A stretch of DNA of 64,000 nt from Candidatus Latescibacterota bacterium (GCA_965206595.1 OZ242214.1:2368001-2432000); one strand, 5' to 3'; positions 48,038 to 59,306 are shown, numbered from the stretch's first letter. The notes: generated by a model not told the origin, from the sequence alone. Translations and numbers: made by a program.

Positions 48038-49651
48038 ATGACGCTTGCCGACCGCCACGCGGCCGCCGCCGCCCGGCAGCGCCGCATCATCTTCCAGGAC
48101 GACATCCTCGCCAACGATGCCTTCCGCTGCGGCGAAGTCAGCACCTCCCGCCTCGACAGGCTGATCGATTTCTACATGAGCCGCCTCGAGGCTCCCAACC
48201 AGATCGACAGCGTCTGGCACGAATGGGGCGAGGGCAACACCGCGGTCTGGCCGAGCGAGGTGCTGCCGCGCACGGAGAACGTCTTCCCCGGCTGGTGGGA
48301 GGCGGGCATCGACCCGGTCAAAGTGCTCCTCGACGAGACCCGGAAACGCCGGCGAGAGGTCTTCTTCTCCTACCGCATCAACGGCTCCGACAACGACGAC
48401 CTCTTCGATCCCCCGCACCCTCTCGAAGGCCCCACCCCGCTGAAGGCCCGGCATCCGGACCGGCTCATCCACAAGTGGCACGTGTACTGGGATTTCCGCT
48501 GCGAAGGGGTGCGCGACCTCAAGCTGGCGGTCCTGCGCGAAGTCGCTTCGATGTACGACTACGACGGCATCTCCATCGACTTCGCGAGGGTCCCGGTGCT
48601 GTTTCCCGAGGGGGAGCAGTGGCAACACCGCGACCTGCTGACCGGATTCATGCGCGAGGTCCGTTCGGCCCTGCAGGAGATCGCCGGCCGCCGCGGCAGG
48701 CCGTACCTGCTGGCCGCCAGGATCCCCGAAGACATCCCGGGGTGCCGCTTCGACGGCATCGACATCGAGACCTGGGTCGCCGGGGGGATGGTCGACATCC
48801 TCGTTATCGGCACGCGCACCGCGGCCGCGGACGTGGCCGGCTTTCGCGCCCTGGCCCGCGGGACCCCGGTCAGGCTGTACCCGAGCTGGGACGACCACCA
48901 CTCCTCGGACGGGTACCGGCATCCGACGATCGAGGTCTGGCGCGGGGTCTGCGCCCACTGGTGGCGCCAGAAAGCGGACGGCATGCACACCTTCAACCTG
49001 ATGTTCCCCTCGCCGGAATCGGAGGCCGGCCTCGGAATCGAAGCGGCGCCGGAGTATCGCCGCGGGGGTCTCGACATAGGAGCGCTGCTGTCCGACTGGG
49101 AGACGCAGTGCCGGGTCTTCGCGGAAATCGGCAGCCCCGAAACCCTCGAGGGCCGCGACAAGATCTTCCTCGTCGAGCGCCGGGGCGGCGGTCACGGCAG
49201 GGACTTCGTACCCGCGCCCGACGATTGGTACACGCCGCGGCACAGCTATTTCCAGACCAACATGCGGGCGCAGCTGCCCGCGGAGCTGGGGGCCGGCGGC
49301 TCCCCGGATACGCTGCTTGCGCTCGACGTCGCCGACGATCTCAACTCGGCCGCGGACTCCCTCGACAGCCTGACGCTGAATCTCGCCCTCACCGCCGATC
49401 CCCCGGAGGCCGCGGGTGACCTGCGGGTCGAGGTCAGGATCAACAACCTGCTTCTGGAAGCCCCGGTCCGGGAAACGGGAATCGCGACCCGGCTGAACGC
49501 CGCCTTCGGCCACTGGCTGGTCTTTGCCGTCCCGCCGCGGTACCTCGCCGCGGGGGCGAACCTCGTCGGGGTCTGCCGTACCGACCGGACGGCCGCGGCG
49601 GTACGGGTCGAGAAGCTCGAGCTGCACGTCCGCTACGCGACAACCCGTTGA
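48038..49651 (+). CDS. Putative glycoside hydrolase (GHL10-like TIM barrel) with C-terminal beta domain
   Basis: FFSYRING, WDF..EGVR, YDYDGISIDFAR, DIETW, ADG..TFN. Confidence 0.62.
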   Translation: MTLADRHAAAAARQRRIIFQDDILANDAFRCGEVSTSRLDRLIDFYMSRLEAPNQIDSVWHEWGEGNTAVWPSEVLPRTENVFPGWWEAGIDPVKVLLDETRKRRREVFFSYRINGSDNDDLFDPPHPLEGPTPLKARHPDRLIHKWHVYWDFRCEGVRDLKLAVLREVASMYDYDGISIDFARVPVLFPEGEQWQHRDLLTGFMREVRSALQEIAGRRGRPYLLAARIPEDIPGCRFDGIDIETWVAGGMVDILVIGTRTAAADVAGFRALARGTPVRLYPSWDDHHSSDGYRHPTIEVWRGVCAHWWRQKADGMHTFNLMFPSPESEAGLGIEAAPEYRRGGLDIGALLSDWETQCRVFAEIGSPETLEGRDKIFLVERRGGGHGRDFVPAPDDWYTPRHSYFQTNMRAQLPAELGAGGSPDTLLALDVADDLNSAADSLDSLTLNLALTADPPEAAGDLRVEVRINNLLLEAPVRETGIATRLNAAFGHWLVFAVPPRYLAAGANLVGVCRTDRTAAAVRVEKLELHVRYATTR

Positions 49652-49844
49652 CAATGTTGTTCTGCAGGCGAGGCCGAGTCATGGCGGTCGAAGACCGGGC
49701 GCGCGACCGAGTCGGATCGCAGGGGGTTCGGGAAGGGAGCGCAACGACTGTCTGCGGAACGCACTTTCGAGGGTTCCGACCCGAAGGGTTCGCGGCCGCC
49801 AGGGCCGGCCGCAGCCCGGATGGACTTTTTCAGCGGGATGCTGA

Positions 49845-50933
49845 ATGCGAATCACCGAGGTAGTCACCCACCGGCTGGCCTGCCCGGTCGAGCGTCCCTT
49901 CCGGGCCTGCCGCACCGGATGGATTCGCGAACGGTCGGCGACGATCGTGGAGGTCAGGACCGACGACGGGCTCACCGGATGGGGGGAAGGGGATGGGGCG
50001 CTGACGCGGGAATCGACCGACTCCCTGCTGATCGGGAAGAGCCCGTTCGACCGTCAGGAGATCTGGGACAGCCTGACGGTCCGCGGGAAGGACATCCCCG
50101 CCGCCTGCGGAATCGAGACGGCCCTCTGGGACCTCGCGGGGAAGTCGGAAGGCAAACCGGTCTGCGAGCTGCTCACGGGTACCCCGCGGGACAAAGTGAC
50201 CGCGTACGCCAGCGGATTCTTCCAGCCGCAGGGGGAGGATCACCTGCGCCTCGCCGCCGAAGAAGGCCGCCGCTGCCGGGACCGGTTCGCCGCGGTGAAA
50301 GTCCGCATCGGCTTCGGCCCCGATCAGGATGAGCGCATCGTCGCCGCGGTGCGGAACGGGATCGGCAGCGAGGTGAAGCTCGCCGTCGACGCCACCCAGG
50401 GGTACGACCTGCCGGCGGCCATCGAGGCGGGTAACCGGCTTGCCCCCTACGACGTCCTGTGGTTCGAGGAGCCGATCCCCGGCGAAGATCTCGACGGGTA
50501 CCGCGAGCTCCGGCAGGCCCTGCCGATGCCGGTAGCCGGCGCGGAGGGCCGCAGCGGACTCGGTGCCTTTCGCGAGGTCGTCGAGGGGGGCGCCATGGAT
50601 ATCATCCAGCCCGACATCAGCCGCGCCGGCGGGTTCACCGAGGGCATGCGGATCTGCGAGCTCGCCGAGGCGAACCGGGTGCAGGTGATCCCGCACATGT
50701 TCGGATCGGTGGTCAGGCTGGCGGCGACCCTGCACTGGCTGGCCGCGGTCCCGGAGGACCCGCGCCGGCAGCTTCCCCCCTATCTGGAGCTGGACGTGAC
50801 CGAGAACGGGCTCCGCACCCGGCTTTCGCCGACCCGGTTCGAGGTCGAGGACGGAGCCGTCCGCATACCGGACCGTCCCGGGCTCGGGGTCGAGATCGAT
50901 TCCGAGGCGCTGCGGAGATACAGCGTTACATGA
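49845..50933 (+). CDS. Mandelate racemase/muconate lactonizing enzyme family
   Basis: GWGE, ALWDLAGK, VDA/WFEEP/GAE metal ligands, QPD, PGLG. Confidence 0.9.
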   Translation: MRITEVVTHRLACPVERPFRACRTGWIRERSATIVEVRTDDGLTGWGEGDGALTRESTDSLLIGKSPFDRQEIWDSLTVRGKDIPAACGIETALWDLAGKSEGKPVCELLTGTPRDKVTAYASGFFQPQGEDHLRLAAEEGRRCRDRFAAVKVRIGFGPDQDERIVAAVRNGIGSEVKLAVDATQGYDLPAAIEAGNRLAPYDVLWFEEPIPGEDLDGYRELRQALPMPVAGAEGRSGLGAFREVVEGGAMDIIQPDISRAGGFTEGMRICELAEANRVQVIPHMFGSVVRLAATLHWLAAVPEDPRRQLPPYLELDVTENGLRTRLSPTRFEVEDGAVRIPDRPGLGVEIDSEALRRYSVT

Positions 50934-52222
50934 CTCCCGGCGAAGCCTCCAGGCCGATTCCCCTGCGCGTCAACGACCGCTTCTTCTACGGCTGGCTGAT
51001 GCTCGGGGCCGGAGCCCTCGGCCTCTTCGCCAGCGGCCCCGGCCAGTCCCACGCCTTCAGCGTCTTCATCACCCCGATCGGCGAGGACCTCGGGGTTTCG
51101 CGCACCGCAGTCTCCGCCGCCTACGCCGCGGCGACCCTGGCGGCCGCCTGCGGCCTGCCCTGGGTGGGGCGCCTCGTCGACCGCTACGGGGTCCGCGCCG
51201 TACTGGTTTCGGTGGGAGTTTTGTTCGGGGCCTGCACCGCGGCCTTCGGGCGAGTCCCCGACCTGTGGCTGCTGGCCGTCGGATTCGCCGCTCTGCGCTT
51301 CCTCGGGCAGGGATCGCTGATGCTCTGCTCCTACAACCTGGTGGCGCAGTGGTTCAGCCGGAAACGCGGCTTCGCCATGGGCCTGGCGAGCCTCGGGTTT
51401 TCTCTCAGCCTGGCAGTGCATCCCCCCCTGGCCCAATGGCTGATCGACGAGGCCGGCTGGCGCCAGGCCTGGCTCTGGCTCGGGATCTCGACCTGGGTGC
51501 TGCTGGTGCCGTGCGCCGCCCTGATGGTCAGGAACAGACCGGAGGATCTCGGTCTGACGCCGGACGGCGACCCAGGCGGCAGCGGTGCCGGGAAAGCAGA
51601 CACTTCGGCGGATGCCGCCGAAGCGGGCCTGACCCTGGGGGAGGCGATGCGGACCTCGACCTTCTGGATCTGCGCCGGCGCCGTCGCCACCATGTCCCTC
51701 CTGGTCACGGCCGTCTTCTTCCACCAGGTCTCCATCCTCGAGTCGCGCGGGTTGAGCCCTGGCGAGGCCTCCCGCGTGTTCGCGGTATCCGCCCTGACCA
51801 TGGTTGCCTTCATGCCGGTCTTCGGCCGCCTCCTCGACCGCCTGCGGACGCGGACGGTCTTCGCCGGGGGTCTGCTGCTGATGTCCTGCTCCCTGGCCGC
51901 GCTGGCCGCGGTCTCCGGCCCCCTGTCCGTAGTCTTCTTCGGCATCGTGTTCGGAGCCGCCAACGCCGGCAGCCACAACCTGCTCGCGTACATCTGGCCG
52001 CGCTTCTTCGGGCGCCGGCATCTCGGCAGCATCCAGGGGGCCTCGCAGATGATCAGCGTTCTCGGCGCTTCCATCGGACCGATCCCCTTCGGGCTGGCCT
52101 GGGATCTGTACGGAAGCTATACCGGCGCCCTGTTCGCCTTCGCCCTGCTGCCGCTGCTGTGCGCCGCGGCGGTCTGGTTCATCAGGGAGCCTGACGGGAG
52201 GAGTCAGAATGGCCTTCAGTAA
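50930..52222 (+). CDS. MFS transporter
   Basis: About 12 hydrophobic segments, GRLVDRYGVR, WFSRKRG, FFGRRHLGSIQG. Confidence 0.9.
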   Translation: MTPGEASRPIPLRVNDRFFYGWLMLGAGALGLFASGPGQSHAFSVFITPIGEDLGVSRTAVSAAYAAATLAAACGLPWVGRLVDRYGVRAVLVSVGVLFGACTAAFGRVPDLWLLAVGFAALRFLGQGSLMLCSYNLVAQWFSRKRGFAMGLASLGFSLSLAVHPPLAQWLIDEAGWRQAWLWLGISTWVLLVPCAALMVRNRPEDLGLTPDGDPGGSGAGKADTSADAAEAGLTLGEAMRTSTFWICAGAVATMSLLVTAVFFHQVSILESRGLSPGEASRVFAVSALTMVAFMPVFGRLLDRLRTRTVFAGGLLLMSCSLAALAAVSGPLSVVFFGIVFGAANAGSHNLLAYIWPRFFGRRHLGSIQGASQMISVLGASIGPIPFGLAWDLYGSYTGALFAFALLPLLCAAAVWFIREPDGRSQNGLQ

Positions 52223-54792
52223 ACCACCCGCACCCATCGCGTCAGCCGGGTCCGTTCGGCGCGATCGGATTCGGTTTCCACGGATATTCTGGCAAGGTAG
52301 ATCCCTGGCGGCACCTTCCGCCCCGAATCCCCCACCCCGTCCCAGACGATCTCATACCTCCCCCGGGGATCGGTGCGGCGCTCCCCGAGCTTGCGCACCA
52401 GCCTGCCGCCGAGATCGTACACCGATACACCCACCGACCCCTCCCCTGTCAGCCGGTTCAGGCTGAAGGAAAAGGTCGCGGCGTCGTTGAACCCGTCCCC
52501 GTTCGGCGTGAAAATGGGGGGCACGACTTCGAGACCGGTCAGCACCGCGTTGTCCGCCAGCGCCAGCGCCACGTTCGTCCGGCCCGGAGCCAGGTCGGTG
52601 GCGTCCCCGGCATCGACCTCCTGCCAGGCACCTTCCAGACCGCTGGCCTTGACCTCGGCCTCGAACGTGGCGCTCTGCGAGTAGGTCACCGGCTCCATGC
52701 GCACCTCCACCAGGTCGACCCCGCTACGGATCGGGGACGGCAGGCGGAACTGCAGGGTATCTCCGAGGCTGCGCGCCATCTCCAGCTGATCCGGCGAATA
52801 CCGTTGCTCGCGCCCGTTGGCGAATTCCTCCCGGCTGCCGGTCAGCACCTCCAGCAGCTTCAGGGTCGTGGCCGCGGTCGCCGTGATCCGCACCTCGTCG
52901 AACCACTGCTCGCCGCTGCCGAATACCGGCCGGATGAAGAAGGAGCGCTCTTCAGGAAGTCCGATCTCCGCAATCGCGGCGGGCCAGACCTCTCCCAGCA
53001 GTTCGTCCGCGTAGATGTCGGTCAAATGAACCCGTATGCTGTGCAACTCCGCGGGACGGCCGTACCTGCTCGAGGTGTCCGCCAGCACCCGGGCGCGCAT
53101 CTGCAGGTACCGGCGCACCCGAGGCGAACGGATCTCCTCTCCCGGCTTCAGGTACGAACCGCTCCACGGGCTCCACGTGCCGTCCGGGATCAGCCGGGTG
53201 AGCACCTCTCCCTGTTTCGGGCGGGGGAGACGGCGTTTGTACTGTACTTCCGATACGACGATTCCGTCGCTGTTGTGGTAGACGTGTTCCTCCCTCAGGG
53301 AATTGCCGGTGCGCGTCGCCAGCTCCACCCCGGTACCCGGCGGGGTGTCCGCTTCCCATTCGATCGAAACCAGACTCTTGCGCGGCCCCAGCTCGATGAC
53401 CTTCGAAGTCAAGGCGACTTCGGCGACGTATCCTTCCCCGTACAACATCACCTCCTGAATACTGGCGGAAAATTGGGCGGAAAATCGCGACCGCAGAAAG
53501 CGGACCTTGGTTGGCTCCATATCAAGAATCCGCCAGTCGCCCTTTGCATCGGAGTTGAATTCCGTCCAGAGAATACTGCCGTCGGGTGCAAGCCTGCCGT
53601 CGGAAATCTCAAGGGTCTGTTTTCCAATTCCGCCATGCGTAAGGAAATGCACGGTATCCAACCAGAAGAGGGTGCCCAGGTCCTCGAAAAAGGTATTGAG
53701 CCTGTTTCCAAAAGCTGAAAAATTGGCGGCCGTGGAATAGTCGCCGTCGGTGACCACATCTGCCAACGAAAAGACCCGGCCCGAACCCTGGGGATTCTGC
53801 TTGTCGGCATTGGCTCGCAGCCTGGTCTCGCCGCCCTGAGCCACCCGCTGGTAGTTGAGGTTGTCGCCGATCGTCCATACTTCCAATTCCGCCAGACGGG
53901 GGCGTTCCCGCTGGAAATAGCGAATCCGCCCCTGCTTTTCCGGAGCCAGCCGCTCGTAGTTTTCCTTCGTCGTCAGGGTCTGACGGCCGCCGCCGCTGCG
54001 ATAATACTCCACCCTCCCCTTCGTCTCCGCGGGAAACTCGACGTAGGTATCCGGAGCCACTTCCCTCATGCGGTCAACATCGCTGTCCGTCACCAGCACG
54101 TGGACGAAATCCAACGGCTCGCCGACGAACTCTTCGCTGGCCGCCTCGGTCGTTTCCGGCACTATTTCAAACAGACGTTGCGATTTGTTGGGACGGTCCG
54201 ACTTGAAGAGGGTCCAGAATTTCGAGACATCCGTGCCGAGCAGCGTGTACTTGGCGACCCGTCCCGTCGGCGGGATCTGGCGCCATCCCAACAGGTCGAA
54301 CTGAAGAAACGGGTCCCCGGTTTCTTCTCCCACGAACTTCAGAACAACCTTCTCGACCACGACCAGTCGGCCCAGCCGGATCTGAACCCACCATTCTTCG
54401 GGAGGGGCGTCGAGATCGGGCTCCCAGAAGGTGTGCGGGTCCCCGTCCATCAGGTTGGCCGCAAGATGCGGGTTGGAGCCGGCATCCGCACCGCCTTGCA
54501 CCTTGGCCGCATACTCGGTGGCGTCCAGGGCCGCGTTGATCCGTTTGCGAACGAAACGGGGGGCGACGGAGCCGTCGGGACGGATGTCGGAGATGCCGGC
54601 GTTGACCGTCCAGGCTTCCCAGTGGGAGGGTCGGTCAACAAGGATCTGGTTGCCGTGGAATGTGTAACCGGGTTGCGCCTCGACGCTGTCCGCGGTTGCC
54701 GCGCAGATGATCAGCAGCGCAGGTAAATGATACCTTGCTCGAACCCGGCGCCCGGTGCCTGCTTCAACTCCCTGTCCAGAATCAGTTGTCAC
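52216..54792 (-). CDS. Large secreted protein with discoidin-like modules and a C-terminal FlgD Ig-like domain
   Basis: Signal-like N-terminus; DGD..T.W; FTPNGDGFND, YDLGGRLVR, WDG...G..VPPGIY. Confidence 0.82.
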   Translation of the reverse strand: MTTDSGQGVEAGTGRRVRARYHLPALLIICAATADSVEAQPGYTFHGNQILVDRPSHWEAWTVNAGISDIRPDGSVAPRFVRKRINAALDATEYAAKVQGGADAGSNPHLAANLMDGDPHTFWEPDLDAPPEEWWVQIRLGRLVVVEKVVLKFVGEETGDPFLQFDLLGWRQIPPTGRVAKYTLLGTDVSKFWTLFKSDRPNKSQRLFEIVPETTEAASEEFVGEPLDFVHVLVTDSDVDRMREVAPDTYVEFPAETKGRVEYYRSGGGRQTLTTKENYERLAPEKQGRIRYFQRERPRLAELEVWTIGDNLNYQRVAQGGETRLRANADKQNPQGSGRVFSLADVVTDGDYSTAANFSAFGNRLNTFFEDLGTLFWLDTVHFLTHGGIGKQTLEISDGRLAPDGSILWTEFNSDAKGDWRILDMEPTKVRFLRSRFSAQFSASIQEVMLYGEGYVAEVALTSKVIELGPRKSLVSIEWEADTPPGTGVELATRTGNSLREEHVYHNSDGIVVSEVQYKRRLPRPKQGEVLTRLIPDGTWSPWSGSYLKPGEEIRSPRVRRYLQMRARVLADTSSRYGRPAELHSIRVHLTDIYADELLGEVWPAAIAEIGLPEERSFFIRPVFGSGEQWFDEVRITATAATTLKLLEVLTGSREEFANGREQRYSPDQLEMARSLGDTLQFRLPSPIRSGVDLVEVRMEPVTYSQSATFEAEVKASGLEGAWQEVDAGDATDLAPGRTNVALALADNAVLTGLEVVPPIFTPNGDGFNDAATFSFSLNRLTGEGSVGVSVYDLGGRLVRKLGERRTDPRGRYEIVWDGVGDSGRKVPPGIYLARISVETESDRAERTRLTRWVRVVY

Positions 54793-54876
54793 TTCTTTAA
54801 AACCAGGACTCGATTGAAACGGCGTTCACGATGGATGGGGCCATTCCCTGGGATACGCATTCCGACCATCCCCGCC

Positions 54877-56769
54877 TCAATAGGAAACGCACAGGATCCC
54901 GGTCCGCGCCGCGCTTCCGCGCTCCAGTTCGCCGGAAATCCTCCAGATGTAAATCCCTGGAGGAACCGTCTCTCCCTCGCCGTTCCTGCCGTCCCACACC
55001 CGCTCGTAGTGGCCGATCCGGTCCGCGCCGCTGTAGATCCTGCGCACCTTCCGCCCGAACAGATCCAATATCTCCACTTCGACCGGTACGCCTCCGGTCG
55101 TTTCGACGAGGTCGTAGAAGATCCGGACCTCGTCGTTGATGCCGTCCCCGTTCGGCGTCAGCACCGCCGGCAGCACCTGCGCCTCGAGCACGGACCGCAC
55201 CGCCACCGAGGTCTCGATCCATACCCGGTCGCTGAACACCTCGTCGATGACGTCGCCGGCGACCACCGGCTGCGGCACGTCGAACGGCCGCTCGCTGTCG
55301 ATCAGGTGGGCCCTGAAGGCGGCCCCGTAGCGCAACACCTGGGCGTCGAAAACCACCTCGACAATCGCATCCGACAGCATCTGATCGATTCTCGGCAAAC
55401 CGACCACCAGGCGCCTGTCTTCCTGAGAAACCGCTTCGAAGGGAACGACGGACGTGTCGATGCGGACCTCGCGCAGCCGGTTGAACCGGGCGGCGACGGA
55501 CTGGATTTCCACCCGGTCGAAGCCGGCGTCCCCGTCCTGGAGGCGCGCCTTGAGGGCGTAGGTGAACCGGGTAGGCGGACCGGCCCTCACCTCTACGGGG
55601 GCAAGCTCCCCGACAACTTGGGAAACGGCGGCATCCGAGGCCCGAAACTCTAAAAACTCCAGGCGAGTACCCGCGTTTTCCTGGGAGATGAAGTCCAGGC
55701 TGAACTGAAAGGAGCGGCGCGGACCGGGATAAATTGGAGGCTCCCCTTGTTCCCGGGTGACGTTGAAACGCGGAGTCCAGTTGTTCCAGCTGTCGTAGTT
55801 GTACGTCGGCGGAGCCCGCTGGCTGCGCCGGAGCTGGTCGTACTCTTCCCTGGTCACCCCGACCTTCTGGTCACCGATCCCGGTGTATTTCCAGTACTTG
55901 AGGAGATCGGCATCCTCGCCGTTCCGGGTCTGCAGGAAGATGGAGGAAGCCGGCGCTTCATCGAACTTCCACTTGAGGCTTCCCCATACCGCGGGCCTGC
56001 CGAAATCGATGATGTCGGCGACATAGGAAGCCAGGCGAGAAACCCCGCGGGCGTAGATCTCTATTTCGGTGATCTCCCGTTCCGTGGCGTGGGCACCGAG
56101 GGCGAGCTGCATGCCGGCCACAGGCTGCTCGTTCGTCATTTCCACGTCCAGAAGCGGTGCCCTGTTTTCGTTGACCTCCACCTGGAACGGATGCAGCAGG
56201 GTCTCGGCTTCCGGTAGCTGCAACAGGAAGGAGGAGACCCCGAGGTTACGTACGACCTTGGTCGTATTGACAGGGCTCAACGGTTCTATGATCCCACCGG
56301 AGATCAACCGAATGCGTTCGACGAACACCCGATCGGCGAACTCGATGTTGAGGACGCCGGGAAGGGCGTAGCGGTCGGTGCACCTCGTGCCAACGGACAT
56401 TCCGCATTCGTAGGAGACGCTCCGCCAAAAAGTATTTTCGTCCCCATCGAATAGAGCATGAAGTCCGGATTGCGGTTTCCACAACATCGAGGCGCTGTTG
56501 ACCTGCGGGTCGTACACCCAGGGAGAGAGTACCTGCTCGTCCATGTAGACCCGCGCTGCCTCTCCTCCCTTCAGGGCATCGAATTCCGCCCAGCGCATCT
56601 GCCGGAAGCGCACTCCCGCCCGGTTGGCATCCGCGGGCGGCGGCAGATCCGCGCCCCCGAACCGGTAGATCGTCGTCTCCGCACCGGACAGGGCGGGAAA
56701 CACCGCCAGGAACACCCCTGCCCTCAAGGAAGAAGCTTTTGGCAGCATGGGTATCGCAAACCGAGGCAT
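54877..56769 (-). CDS. Secreted protein with C-terminal FlgD Ig-like domain
   Basis: LFDGDENT; TPNGDGIND, DLFGRKVR, WDGRN..G..VPPGIY. Confidence 0.82.
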   Translation of the reverse strand: MPRFAIPMLPKASSLRAGVFLAVFPALSGAETTIYRFGGADLPPPADANRAGVRFRQMRWAEFDALKGGEAARVYMDEQVLSPWVYDPQVNSASMLWKPQSGLHALFDGDENTFWRSVSYECGMSVGTRCTDRYALPGVLNIEFADRVFVERIRLISGGIIEPLSPVNTTKVVRNLGVSSFLLQLPEAETLLHPFQVEVNENRAPLLDVEMTNEQPVAGMQLALGAHATEREITEIEIYARGVSRLASYVADIIDFGRPAVWGSLKWKFDEAPASSIFLQTRNGEDADLLKYWKYTGIGDQKVGVTREEYDQLRRSQRAPPTYNYDSWNNWTPRFNVTREQGEPPIYPGPRRSFQFSLDFISQENAGTRLEFLEFRASDAAVSQVVGELAPVEVRAGPPTRFTYALKARLQDGDAGFDRVEIQSVAARFNRLREVRIDTSVVPFEAVSQEDRRLVVGLPRIDQMLSDAIVEVVFDAQVLRYGAAFRAHLIDSERPFDVPQPVVAGDVIDEVFSDRVWIETSVAVRSVLEAQVLPAVLTPNGDGINDEVRIFYDLVETTGGVPVEVEILDLFGRKVRRIYSGADRIGHYERVWDGRNGEGETVPPGIYIWRISGELERGSAARTGILCVSY

Positions 56770-56786
56770 AGGGTTTTTCAGGGTTT

Positions 56787-58552
56787 TCAGTAAACCACCC
56801 GCACCCATCGCGTAATCCGGGTCTGTTCGGCGCGATCGGATTCGGCTTCCACGGATATTCTGGCAAGGTAGACCCCCGGCGGCACCTTCCGCCCCGAATC
56901 CCCCTCCCCGTCCCAGACGATCTCGTACCTCCCCCGGGGATCGGTGCGGCGCTCCCCGAGCTTGCGCACCAGCCTGCCGCCGAGATCGTACACCGATACA
57001 CCCACCGACCTCTCCCCTGTCAGCCGGTTCAGGCTGAAGGAAAACGTCGCCGCGTCGTTGAACCCGTCCCCGTTCGGCGTGAAAAGCGGAGGCTCGACCT
57101 CGAGACCGGTAAGCACCGCGTTGTCCGCGAAGGCCAGCGCCACATTGGTTCGGCCGGGTGCCAAGTCGGTGGCGTCCCCGGCATCGACCTCCTGCCAGGC
57201 CCCGTCCAACCCGCTGGCCTTGACCTCCGCTTCGAACGTTACGCTCTGGGTGTAGGTCACCGGCTCCATGCGCACCTCTACCAGGTCGACCCCGCTACGG
57301 ATCGGTGACGGCAGGCGGAACTGCAGGGTATCTCCGAGGCTGCGCGCCATCTCCAGCTGATCCGGCGAATACCGCTGCTCGTGCCCGTTGGCGAAGTCTT
57401 CCAGGCTCCCGGTCAGCACCTCCAGCAGCTTCAGAGTCGTGGCCGCAGTCGCCGTGATCCGCACCTCGTCGAACCACTGCTCGCCGCGGTAGAGTAATCG
57501 CCGTCCGTGACCACTTCTGCTAACGGCAACACACGGCCCGTCCCCTGGGGGGTCTGCATGTCGGCATTGACTCGCAGCCTGGTCTCACCCCCTTGAGCCA
57601 CCCGCTGGTAATTCAGGTTGTCGCCGATCGTCCATACTTCCACTTCCGCAAGGCGGGGACGCTCCCGCTGGAAATAGCGAATACGCCCTTTCTTTTCCGG
57701 AGCCAGCCGCTCGTAGTTCTCCTTCGTCGTCAGGGTCTGACGCCCGCCCCCGCTGCGATAGTACTCCACCCTCCCCTTCGCCTCCGCCGGAAGCTCGGCG
57801 TAGGTATCGGGGGCCACCTCTCTCATGCGGTCAACATCGCTGTCCGTTACGAGGACGTGGATGAAATCCAACGGCTCGCCGACGAACTCTTCGCTGGCCG
57901 CCTCGGTCGTTTCCGGCACTATTTCAAACAGACGTTGCGATTTGTTGGGACGGTCCGACTTGAAGAGGGACCAGAATTTCGAGACATCCGTGCCGAGCAG
58001 CGTGTACTTGGCGACCCGTCCCGTCGGCGGGATCTGGCGCCATCCCAACAGGTCGAACTGAAGAAACGGGTCCCCGGTTTCTTCTCCCACGAACTTCAGA
58101 ACAACCTTCTCGACCACGACCAGCCGCCCCAGCCGGATCTGAACCCACCAGTCTTCGGGCGGGGCGTCGAGGTCGGGCTCCCAGAAGGTGTGCGGGTCGC
58201 CGTCGATCAGGTGGGCCGCAAGATGCGGGTTGGAGCCGGCATCCACGCCGCCGCGCGCCTGTACCGCATACTCGGTAGCATCCAAGGCGGCGTTGATTCC
58301 TTTGCGCACGAAACGAGGGGCGACCGTGCCGTCGGGACGGATGTCGGAGATGCCTGCGTTGACCGTCCAGGCTCGCCAGTGGGAGGGCCGGTCGACGACG
58401 ATCTGGTTGCCCTGGAGTGTGTAACCGGGTTGCGCCTCGACGCTGTCCGCGGTTGCCGCGCAGGTGATCAGCAGCGCCAGACCATGACATCGGAACCGCA
58501 ATCCATCCCGGAACGATGGTACTCGCATCCGGATTGTCGTGCGCTCCATCAT
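56787..58552 (-). pseudogene. Paralog of 52216-54792 with an ~814-bp internal deletion (frameshift at ~57487)
   Basis: Collinear with the paralog on both sides of the junction TDGDYSTA|EQWFDEVR. Confidence 0.85.
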
Positions 58553-58859
58553 TCGCTTCTCTGCGGATGCGGCGATATACGCCGATATATGATATATACT
58601 TATGTGTATTACATCGAGCGTCCGGGATCCAAAAAAACCAGGAAGACCAACCCCTTGAGACAGGGTACGGACTACTTAACGACACTCCTATCTTTAATTT
58701 TTGGCAGGAATGGCTCGCCAGCGAGGATAACCTGAATCCGGAGCCTTCAATTCATCCAGGCCAATTCCCAGTCCCTGTCCAAGGAGAATTGCAGACTCGC
58801 CGCAACCCACTCAAGATTCTCCTGTTCGTGGCTTATATTCCGGGCTTGGAGATCCAACA

Positions 58860-59306
58860 GTGAATCGCCCCACGCACACAACGGAAAGCAGAAAACCCGA
58901 GAGCGCCTTGCGCGAGTTCTTCCACCGGGTGCGGCCGGTCGGAGTGGCCTCGGTCTACCTCTACGGAAGCGCCGCCCGCGGCCGGACGCATGCCGATAGC
59001 GACGTCGACGTCGCGGTGTTGTTGGACCGTGCCTGCTTCCCTTTGCGCGAACAACGTGCCGAGGAACGGGTCCGGCTCACCGCCGAACTGATCCACGTCC
59101 TGGGTAACAACGAAGTCGACCTCGTCATTCTCAACGACGTACCTCCCGGTCTCGGACGCCATGCAATTACGGAGGGGGTCCGGGTGTACGTGGCCGACCC
59201 CGAACCGGATCACGCCTTCTGCCGGGACGTCCAACTGCGCGCCGCGGATCTCGACCTGTTCCTGCGCCGAATGCGGCTGATAAAGCTCAGGGCTCTTTCC
59301 TCGTGA
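58860..59306 (+). CDS. Minimal nucleotidyltransferase (MntA-like antitoxin)
   Basis: YLYGSAARG..SDVDVAV, VDLVILN. Confidence 0.88.
   Translation: MNRPTHTTESRKPESALREFFHRVRPVGVASVYLYGSAARGRTHADSDVDVAVLLDRACFPLREQRAEERVRLTAELIHVLGNNEVDLVILNDVPPGLGRHAITEGVRVYVADPEPDHAFCRDVQLRAADLDLFLRRMRLIKLRALSS

Noticed and set aside
52216-58552. Diversity-generating retroelement TR/VR pair
   Set aside because: No reverse transcriptase in the window, and the differences are mostly synonymous rather than adenine-specific.
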